This document shows, piece after piece, positions 1 through 7,819 of a stretch of DNA of 28,444 bases (positions are counted from its first letter, which is position 1; each line of letters opens with the position of its first letter). Both the position numbers and the translations under genes were made by a program. Under the pieces are notes generated by a model that had not been told where the DNA came from, made no database searches, and was given only the letters and a program-made list of their open reading frames with translations. The stretch lies in NCBI GenBank assembly GCA_964486045.1, contig CAZALK010000028.1, positions 1-28,444 on the forward strand, in the 5' to 3' direction. Origin of the DNA: an uncultured archaeon (GTDB lineage Archaea > Asgardarchaeota > Lokiarchaeia > Sigyniarchaeales > SOKP01).

Positions 1-233
1 TAATCAATTATTCACTGACTTATAAGGTTTGAGCTATTACTTTCCTTTAAAATCTAGCCACTTCTTTCGTTAATTATAAATCATTCTGTAAACTCTTTCA
101 TAATTTCTGTATTGTTTAAGGCTAAATGTAATTTAAATAGTAATGAAACCTCATTAACTTGAAAGGTTTAAGCTAGTAATTTCATTATATTGAAATTTTT
201 AATGACTAAATATGAAAAAAAGAAAAAAAAGCG

Positions 234-495
234 TTATTTTTTAAAAAGTCTAATTTTAAACTCACATCCTTTATTTCTTCCTTCGGATTCTATTAAAATT
301 TGCCCTCCATGCAAGTCAACGATCTTTTTCGAAATATACAACCCCAAACCTGCCCCTTCTATATCAAGATTCAAGCCCATTCCATATCGCTCAATCTTTC
401 CAAACTTTTGAAATAATTTAGTTTTCTCATTGTCGGTGATGCCAACCCCCGTATCCTTCACACTTAATTCTACATTTTTTTGGGATTCGCTAAGA
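234..495 (-). pseudogene. C-terminal fragment of a sensor histidine kinase (HATPase_c domain only)
   Basis: Reads ...LSESQKNVELSVKDTGVGI (G1 box), KLFQKF (F box), GAGLGLYISKKIVDLHGG (G2 box), GCEF. The N box, HisKA and sensor regions are missing, and similarity stops near 495. Confidence 0.85.
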
Positions 496-833
496 CGTAC
501 AAATTTTCCTCAGAAATATTATAATAGTAAATTTAAACAAATTTTTGAAGAAAGGGAAGATTTTATTTCTTATTATGGTAAGGATGTTAACATCTGGAAT
601 GAGTTTTACGATAATATAACAGGTAAAACAAATTTGTTAGACGTTGGATAGATTCTAAAAGAATGGATGAACAATCTTGGTACACGAAATACTACGAGGA
701 ATTTTATGCTCAAAAATACCTTGTTTTTTTACAGAGATTGGAGAGATATAAAGAAAATAGATGCGAATCCGCTATTAAACCTTTCTATGAATGGTTTTTA
801 GATGAATATTTAGATAATGAGAGATTTCCATAG
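496..833 (+). pseudogene. Frameshifted 3' remnant of an unknown gene
   Basis: One frame reads NFPQKYYNSKFKQIFEEREDFISYYGKDVNIWNEFYDNITGK. The adjacent frame is open 627-833 (NKFVRRWIDSKRMDEQSWYTKYYEEFYAQKYLVFLQRLERYKENRCESAIKPFYEWFLDEYLDNERFP*). Adding one A at GGTAAAACA (~625) joins them. No 5' part is present. Confidence 0.5.
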
Positions 834-950
834 AGTTTCAGAAATCTTTCTAAATCCTTTTTATCTTTATTATTATTTTATATGTTTTTTGGTTATTTAT
901 TACAATTCATTTCTGTTTTTAGATTTTTTTATATTTACCGAATTATTACC

Positions 951-1371
951 TTATACTACTATAAGGTTTCTCTATTTATTCATTTTTAATTTCTTTTTAA
1001 ATCCTATTAACATTTATCACAAATCTCTTATTGTATTATATTTTTAATTTGTCTAAACACCAAATTCCCAAAAACTTGTTTTTTTGCTCATATTTTTTTT
1101 ATAACTTTTATATCAGAAACATTTTTTTTCGTTATTAAATTGTCTAAAAAATAGTTGTTTTCTATAATATGAACTAGACTAATATAATCTTGTTTCTATA
1201 AATTTCAATTCTTTCCTAAAGTAATAGAGATTGATTTATTTTATACTACTATAAGGTTTTAATTTTTTATTTAATTATACTATAAATATATTCTAAACTA
1301 ATTTAAATAGCTTACTTTACAATTCTCATACAAGAGGAAGAAAAAATATTATTTTATACTTCTATAAGGTT
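951..1371. repeat. Three dispersed direct copies of TTATACT(A/T)CTATAAGGTT in a long AT-rich intergenic region
   Basis: Copies at 951-968, 1241-1258 and 1354-1371 (one mismatch in the last). A partial TATAAGGTTT is at 21-30. Confidence 0.85.
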
Positions 1372-1571
1372 ATAAATTATTTTTATTCTTATATTTTTAA
1401 TAATCAGAAACGCATTTTAAAGTCTTTTTTTTATAATTAATAATTATTAAATTATTATATTGGATATTTTTTATGCCTTAAAAATGCTTAAAAATTCGCT
1501 ATAAATTATTCTTATTTTCATTTATTAAACTAACTTTTTTTTGAGTTTTCTTCGTTTTTATTTTTAGTTTT

Positions 1572-2762
1572 TTATCCAATCCAATCTCCCGTCGTCAATT
1601 TTTCCGGTAGGTATTCATCTGTTAGAAATTTAAACCCATGTGCAGATAAGGCTTGTATCTCTGCCTTTATTTTGAGCTTTAATGAAAGTCTTATATCATC
1701 TGACCATTCTTTATTTTTTAATACATAACCTTCATTGAGAAGCTCTTTAGATCGTTTAATATCTTGAGCTGTCATTGGAATTCTTACTTCTTTTGGAATG
1801 TTATATTTATCGAGATCACGGGTTAAAAGTCCAAGTAATTTGATGTCGGGAGTAGCCAAGAAAGGAGATTCATAACTTAATCTTTTTGAGCCACGCAAAT
1901 AAACCGAAAATATGTACATTCCATACGGATCTGCATCCACAAGTGCAAAGACTGGCAAAGATAATTCTTTACTTAATCTTTTCAAAAACATTCGAACAGC
2001 AACATTTCCAACACCTTGAGCTGTCAACAGTATACAAGGATATTTCCTCCAAAATCTTGCTTCTGCTAAACGCATCATTGCAGCATCCTTTTCAATTACA
2101 AGGATAAACTCCGCGTCAGACTCAATTATGTCAATGTTGTCTAGCATTGGTGAAATGGTCCAACCCCCACTTCCTAGTCCTTCTAGATCGATTATGTCAT
2201 TCCTATCCCGAATTCTTAATCTTCCAACACAAGTACCCTTTGGAGCAGCTACTACGTGTGTTGAGTTTCTAGTTGCATAAAGCATTGTTGCAACATCTTC
2301 AATACTTTTATCACTATTCTTTTGTTCTTGAAATAAATTAACATCAGTATAGAAAACCTCCCTTTTTGTAGCGTGAATATCTTCATTAAGTAATTCATTT
2401 ACTACTTCCAGCACTCGCATTAATCTTGTAATATCAGCTACACTCGTTAGAGTATGAAATTGTTTTTCCATTATTTGTTTGCCAAGTAGTAATAAATCGT
2501 TTTCTTCATCCCACATTATATTTGTCGCTGATCTAGATGGTAACTCGATTGAGGGTCTCCCAGATTTATAAATTTTTTCAAGAATATCATCAACTAATTT
2601 ATATAATCGATTAAGAGTATCTCTCCGGTTAAGATCATCAATTTTTACAGTATTGGGGGGGAGAGAAATACTTTTTTTTACTTTTCCCTTTTCTAAATAT
2701 TCTATTAATAGCTCTTTCGCTGCCTGTAAATTATAATTATTGCTTTTTTGCTTTTTTGACAT
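1572..2762 (-). CDS. top6A: DNA topoisomerase VI subunit A (Spo11 family)
   Basis: TKREVFY with the catalytic Tyr in the WHD, TOPRIM motifs IEKDA and DADPYG, C-terminal KAEIQAL. Directly downstream of top6B. Start taken at ATG 2762 (MSKKQK). Confidence 0.96.
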   Translation of the reverse strand: MSKKQKSNNYNLQAAKELLIEYLEKGKVKKSISLPPNTVKIDDLNRRDTLNRLYKLVDDILEKIYKSGRPSIELPSRSATNIMWDEENDLLLLGKQIMEKQFHTLTSVADITRLMRVLEVVNELLNEDIHATKREVFYTDVNLFQEQKNSDKSIEDVATMLYATRNSTHVVAAPKGTCVGRLRIRDRNDIIDLEGLGSGGWTISPMLDNIDIIESDAEFILVIEKDAAMMRLAEARFWRKYPCILLTAQGVGNVAVRMFLKRLSKELSLPVFALVDADPYGMYIFSVYLRGSKRLSYESPFLATPDIKLLGLLTRDLDKYNIPKEVRIPMTAQDIKRSKELLNEGYVLKNKEWSDDIRLSLKLKIKAEIQALSAHGFKFLTDEYLPEKLTTGDWIG

Positions 2763-2775
2763 TTTTCTTCTCACT

Positions 2776-5700
2776 TTATTTTAATTTCCAATGTTTTCTT
2801 CCCATCTTAACTTCTACTAACACTTCTCCTTTTCGTTCTAATTCTTTGAGTTTCAGTTGAAGATATCTCGCATCCATCATATCTTTAATTTTTAGTTTAA
2901 AAATAAGATGTTTAATTGTCTGCAAATCAGTAGATAATGCTTTGAGGATTCCATCGGTAGTTATTATTGGTAAGGTTGTTTGAGTGGATTTTGGTTTTGA
3001 AGGTAGTAGCTTGGATTTAACCTTACTTGGAATTTTCTTTACAGATAATTCGACTTTTTTTAATTTTACCACTTTTGTTAGTTGCGCTAAAGGTTCTACT
3101 ATTTCTGTTTTTTTATAGGTTTTTAATTCAGGCTTCTTAGTACCATCTTTAATTCCTAAAGAGTCAAGAATTTGATCAATTATATCAGGTTTCTTTGTTT
3201 TTGAGAGAATATGAATATTTTTTCTATTACAATAATCCTTAAGCTCTTTTACGGACCAATTAAGCAATGTTGTTTTAGAAATAATTTCTTTTTCAATTGG
3301 TTTCTCTCTCTTTTTAATCTCTATTTCTGACTTTTTTTCTATAATTTGATCTTTTTCTTTAATTTCAACAACTTGAGGTGTTTTGGGTTTTAAATCATTA
3401 ATGGTAGTAGGAGCAGGCTTTTTGTCTATCGCTTCCTTCATTAAAGTTTCAATTTCTTTAAGATCTAACATTGCTTTAAATTTACTCTCCCCTTTAGATG
3501 CAATATTATATACACTTTCAGCGAATAGTGGGATATATTTTGCTATTAAACTTGATCTTTTTTCATTTCTATAAATACTCTCTTTCCTGTTAATGTAAAC
3601 TCTTAATCTTCTTCCTATTGCTTCAAGGCAAAATTTAATTTCTTTTATTAAATCACCATCATCTGCTAAGGCGTTTTTTGATTGAGATTTAAACATTAAA
3701 TGTACAAATGGTCCAGAAATGTTTACGAGTAATTTTATTGGACCTTTCGGTAAACCATTATCGTATCTCTCAAGATTGTAGTTTTTCCAGTTAACTGACT
3801 GAACTGCTTTTGTGATTGCACAATCAGCACTATCTCTTAACTTAGGTGTTCTATTCACAAATCTAGATAATACATCTCTTGAACGTTTAGGAACTTCTAT
3901 ATTTCTTGAATAAGCCAAAACGGCTTCTACAATATATGCTAATCCCTTTCCACTCGTAGGTGCTCTAGTCTCTGCTGATACGAAGTCATCATCTTTTGTG
4001 TAATTTTCAATAAAATATTCAAATACTTTACTATAATTTTCAATTGATTCAACTTCAGAATATGCAAATAGTTCATCAATAGCTTGCTTAATTTGTTGAT
4101 CTTCAAGTTTTTGATTTTCATCAATGTAATTGATATTTCTTAAAATAGCATAACTTAGATTGATGACTTCTTCTGATTCTACAGAAACATTATTATTAAT
4201 TTCAGAATGATTATTGATATCTTTATTTAATATATCAACTGTCTGATTTATAGTTTCGATTGGTGGATCAAAATCATCAACACCTTCTGAAATTTTGAGC
4301 CCAATTTCTTTTATTAGTGTGTTTTCTAAAATTGATTCACCAACAGGTATCGCTGTATCCGTTGGAGGTGCCATATATTTAATAGATTTAAATGCTAAGA
4401 ATAATGAATTAAATTGTTCTTTAGTAATATCACTTGGCTTTACATTTGACAGCTGAACTTTCCTAATTAAATCCTCGAAATCACTTCGATTTGTTATTTT
4501 TTTTAATTCAATTAACCCATTTAAGTTTCTTTGAATTAAATTGTTTAGTTCCTGTTTGATTTTTTCTTTATCTTTTTTGATTTTATCAATATTTTTAATT
4601 AATGCTTTTATTTCCTTTTCCAGCTTCTTCTTTTCCTTTTGGGTATCAACCTTTTCAACACGATTATTTATTTTTTTAATTTCTTTATTAATTTTTTCTG
4701 AACTCTTCTCAATCAGAATATAATTCGAGATTAACATCCAATATTTTTCTATGAGATCCTCAGAGTCTACCCGATAAATTATTAGTTTATCCCTCGGTTT
4801 AGTTGAACGACCAAAAATTCTTTTTTCAACTTTTAGATAATGGATTTTTTCTTCTTTTTTTTTAATCTTACTAATATACCCTTCCTTGAGAATCAGAAAA
4901 TTAAATTTATCCTGAAGGTTTCTTTCAGCCAATTTAATAATTTGATTGGCAGTTTTTGAGCTAATTCGAACAAAATTTTCTTTTAAGAATGATAAAATTG
5001 ATTTATTTTCAGATTTTGTAATTAAATCCTGGAGATCGCCAATATTAGCTGAAGAAGGATGAGGTTTTGCATATTTAGGCTCTTGTGGAAAATAAGATGC
5101 TAATCGACGGTAAATTTTTTCTTTTCCATAAGGATCAGTGTAAATTACTGTAATGTGAGGATTCATAAAAGCAGTTTCTTCAACATATTTTTCTACGTAA
5201 CCCCTTACATATTTAACGTTTAAATAATTCAATTTAATATAGGTTCCGTGTAAAAATGGGCTATCAATATCGGTTGGATGAATTAAATATTTCTTCTCAT
5301 TTTTAGACGTAGTAAAAAATTCACTAACTGTAGCATAGACATTATCAACAGTCTTTGATACAGCTATAATGGGTTTTCCCGTCGTGTTTTGTGCATCACT
5401 AAAAGCACTTGGTGATCCGAATCCTTGACTCCCTCTTGTTTGTTTTAATTCCATTGATTTAGATGAAGCTAGATACTTTCCGAATTTTCTTAAATCAATT
5501 TTTGACATTCCTGTTCCGTTATCAAATATTTCAAAAGTAAAACTCATGACATTTTTCTGACTTATTTCAGATGTCAAATATGAAGGAGCTTCAAATTCTC
5601 TTATACGGACTATAGCAATCGGTTCCACATCTATAATATTTTCAACCGATTCTATGATCTCTTGCATATCATCAATTATTCTTTTAACTTCCTCCTCCAC

Positions 5701-6108
5701 TTCTAATTTAGTTTGACCAATAACATCCCCAGATTCTTCTTCTTTTATTTCGAGTTTAAAAATGGCAGATTCCTCCAACTTAGGTGATTCTATGCCAAAT
5801 TCTTGCATGAGTGTGTGTTTGGCCTCGTTATCTAATTGCTGGGTCTTTTTTTCCTCATTTGCAGCTTCTAAAATTGAAAACTTTTCTAGAAATAAATCTT
5901 GATCCAAAGAAAATTTAAATTTTGAATCAGTTTTTCTTAATTCTTTCCATTGGAAGCTTTCAATAGCATCAAGTGCATTATCAATAAATTCTGCACAATA
6001 TTGAACATGTTTCCAATATCCAAATTCAAAACCTACTAATTGGGTGCGTTTTCGCATAAATTCTGCGATTGTACCTTGCTTTATTTTTCCTTCCTCTTCA
6101 GTTGAAAT
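2776..6108 (-). CDS. top6B: DNA topoisomerase VI subunit B, greatly expanded (~1100 aa)
   Basis: GHKL motifs EFIDNALDA, DNGTGM, SSK..QTRGSQGFG, HGT; KPHP before the H2TH domain; transducer RFVNRTP, VNWKNY, FKSQSK. The conserved N-terminal AEF strap lies upstream of the ORF-track ATG (6057), so the start is placed tentatively at ATT 6108. Confidence 0.93.
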   Translation of the reverse strand: MSTEEEGKIKQGTIAEFMRKRTQLVGFEFGYWKHVQYCAEFIDNALDAIESFQWKELRKTDSKFKFSLDQDLFLEKFSILEAANEEKKTQQLDNEAKHTLMQEFGIESPKLEESAIFKLEIKEEESGDVIGQTKLEVEEEVKRIIDDMQEIIESVENIIDVEPIAIVRIREFEAPSYLTSEISQKNVMSFTFEIFDNGTGMSKIDLRKFGKYLASSKSMELKQTRGSQGFGSPSAFSDAQNTTGKPIIAVSKTVDNVYATVSEFFTTSKNEKKYLIHPTDIDSPFLHGTYIKLNYLNVKYVRGYVEKYVEETAFMNPHITVIYTDPYGKEKIYRRLASYFPQEPKYAKPHPSSANIGDLQDLITKSENKSILSFLKENFVRISSKTANQIIKLAERNLQDKFNFLILKEGYISKIKKKEEKIHYLKVEKRIFGRSTKPRDKLIIYRVDSEDLIEKYWMLISNYILIEKSSEKINKEIKKINNRVEKVDTQKEKKKLEKEIKALIKNIDKIKKDKEKIKQELNNLIQRNLNGLIELKKITNRSDFEDLIRKVQLSNVKPSDITKEQFNSLFLAFKSIKYMAPPTDTAIPVGESILENTLIKEIGLKISEGVDDFDPPIETINQTVDILNKDINNHSEINNNVSVESEEVINLSYAILRNINYIDENQKLEDQQIKQAIDELFAYSEVESIENYSKVFEYFIENYTKDDDFVSAETRAPTSGKGLAYIVEAVLAYSRNIEVPKRSRDVLSRFVNRTPKLRDSADCAITKAVQSVNWKNYNLERYDNGLPKGPIKLLVNISGPFVHLMFKSQSKNALADDGDLIKEIKFCLEAIGRRLRVYINRKESIYRNEKRSSLIAKYIPLFAESVYNIASKGESKFKAMLDLKEIETLMKEAIDKKPAPTTINDLKPKTPQVVEIKEKDQIIEKKSEIEIKKREKPIEKEIISKTTLLNWSVKELKDYCNRKNIHILSKTKKPDIIDQILDSLGIKDGTKKPELKTYKKTEIVEPLAQLTKVVKLKKVELSVKKIPSKVKSKLLPSKPKSTQTTLPIITTDGILKALSTDLQTIKHLIFKLKIKDMMDARYLQLKLKELERKGEVLVEVKMGRKHWKLK

Positions 6109-6377
6109 TTTAAACGCGCTCTTTTACTTTTTTACTCATCTATCTTTATAATATACTAGAAAATTAAATTCATTTATTCCCAAATTTTTAATATTGACAT
6201 AAATTGAAGGATTGAAAAACTAATATTGAAATCATTAATACTAGTATTAATTTACTTACTGCTTCACATCTAACTGTAATTAAATTAGTATATAAATATT
6301 TTCATGAATCCGAAAACCTTAAAACGATTTTATTTTAAATAAGGGAAGAAGAAAAATGGCTTTAATTCAAGGTATAG

Positions 6378-7658
6378 TTAATTTTTTTTTGCTTGATATA
6401 CCTCTAAAGCAACATCAAGGATTTTGGATGCAATATATCTTTTCGTATTACGCTCAACATGAGTAACATGTTTCTTTTTATCGATAATATAAACTTCATT
6501 GTATTTACTGGCAAATCCTATATCATCCCTGCCGATATCATTTGCTACAATCAAATTCACTTCAGATTTAATGAGTCTATTATAAGCTCTATTGATTAAT
6601 TCTGTTCGAGATATGTTAGTTTCTGCTTTAAATGCAATAATAAATAAGTTATAATCTTTTTTCCTTGCGACATTTATTATTTTAGGAGTCAATTTCATAT
6701 TGAGATGTATTTCTTTTATGTTATCAGAAGAGATTTTACCTTCGATGCATTTAATTGGTTTATAATCACTAATAGCTGCCGCAGATATAAAAAAATCATA
6801 GTTTTTATTTGAGATTTCATCCTTAACTGTTGTAATGAAATTATCTGTAGAAACAACGTGAATAGTCTCTATATACTCAGGAAGTTTAACGTTACATTTT
6901 CCTGCTATTAATAATACTTCAGCTCCTCTAGCTGCCGCTTCTTTAGCTATTTCTATTCCCATTTTTCCAGATGATTTATTCGAAACAAAACGAACTGAAT
7001 CGATTGCTTCTCTGGTTGGTCCAGCAGTGATAAGTATCCGTTTGCCTTCTAAATCTTTTTTAGAGACTATTATATCAATAACTTTATCAATAATATCATC
7101 AATGCGTGCAATCTTAGCTTTACCTTCTGAAATCCTTGGACCTAATATATCAATTCCACATTCTTTTAATCTTCTTTCGTTTTCTTGCAATATTGGATGC
7201 TTATACATGCTTTCGTGCATTGCAGGTACAATAACAATTGGTATAGAGGAACCGAAAGATGTGGTAACCACAGTTGTTACAGGGGTGTCATCAATTCCAC
7301 ACGCAATTTTGGATATAGTATTTGCGGTAGCTGGACATATCAAAATTAAATCCGCTTTCCCCGCTGTTTTTGGTCTATCGCCAGCTAAATAAACATGTTC
7401 AACAGCCCCAGTTAATTTAGTAATCACCTTATTTCCTGTTGCCCATTCCATTAATGCGGGTTTAATTAATTCAGTAGCAGCTTTTGACATAACGCAAATC
7501 ACTTCGGCACCTAACCTCATAAGTTCTCTTGCAACAATTGGAGAAGAAATAACTGCCACCGAGCCAGTTAAACACATACAGATAGTTTTTCCCTTTAAAA
7601 TTGTCCCTTTGCTTTCTATTATATCTTTGCTAGGGTGCTGGAAATTATTGTTTTTCAT
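6378..7658 (-). CDS. coaBC: Bifunctional phosphopantothenoylcysteine decarboxylase / phosphopantothenate-cysteine ligase
   Basis: TGSVA, PATANTISKIACGIDD, PAMHESM (CoaC); ITAGPTREAIDSVRFVSNKSSGKMG, AAAISDY, FKAET, VAND (CoaB). Confidence 0.96.
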   Translation of the reverse strand: MKNNNFQHPSKDIIESKGTILKGKTICMCLTGSVAVISSPIVARELMRLGAEVICVMSKAATELIKPALMEWATGNKVITKLTGAVEHVYLAGDRPKTAGKADLILICPATANTISKIACGIDDTPVTTVVTTSFGSSIPIVIVPAMHESMYKHPILQENERRLKECGIDILGPRISEGKAKIARIDDIIDKVIDIIVSKKDLEGKRILITAGPTREAIDSVRFVSNKSSGKMGIEIAKEAAARGAEVLLIAGKCNVKLPEYIETIHVVSTDNFITTVKDEISNKNYDFFISAAAISDYKPIKCIEGKISSDNIKEIHLNMKLTPKIINVARKKDYNLFIIAFKAETNISRTELINRAYNRLIKSEVNLIVANDIGRDDIGFASKYNEVYIIDKKKHVTHVERNTKRYIASKILDVALEVYQAKKN

Positions 7659-7819
7659 CTTTAGAGAGTTTTATTTGCTAATTTTCAATTTAACTTACAG
7701 AATCTATTTAAAATAAAATTTATGCAAAATAAAAACATATTCATATCTCATAACCAAAATTTCTAAATTAAATTTCAAGAGGAGTTGATTTGAAACTCAT
7801 TCTTTCTATTATTATAATG

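Noticed and set aside
24-183. Degenerate pair AAGGTTT(G/A)AGCTA(T/G)TA(C/A)TTTC at 24-44 and 163-183
   Set aside because: Only two copies at the window edge. It could be a decayed coding repeat but cannot be interpreted without upstream sequence.
817-1047. 76-aa Phe/Tyr/Ile-rich ORF
   Set aside because: Composition reflects T-rich non-coding DNA, and it overlaps the first repeat box.
951-1371. 18-bp boxes as a mini-CRISPR, canonical ORB or dif site
   Set aside because: Spacing is irregular (290 and 113 bp), there is no ORB consensus or cdc6, and the arms are arranged opposite to XerA dif sites (ATATAA-N6-TTATAT).
3990-5955. Top6B insertions as inteins
   Set aside because: No Cys/Ser start with His-Asn end and no LAGLIDADG motifs; the inserts are acidic or coiled-coil.
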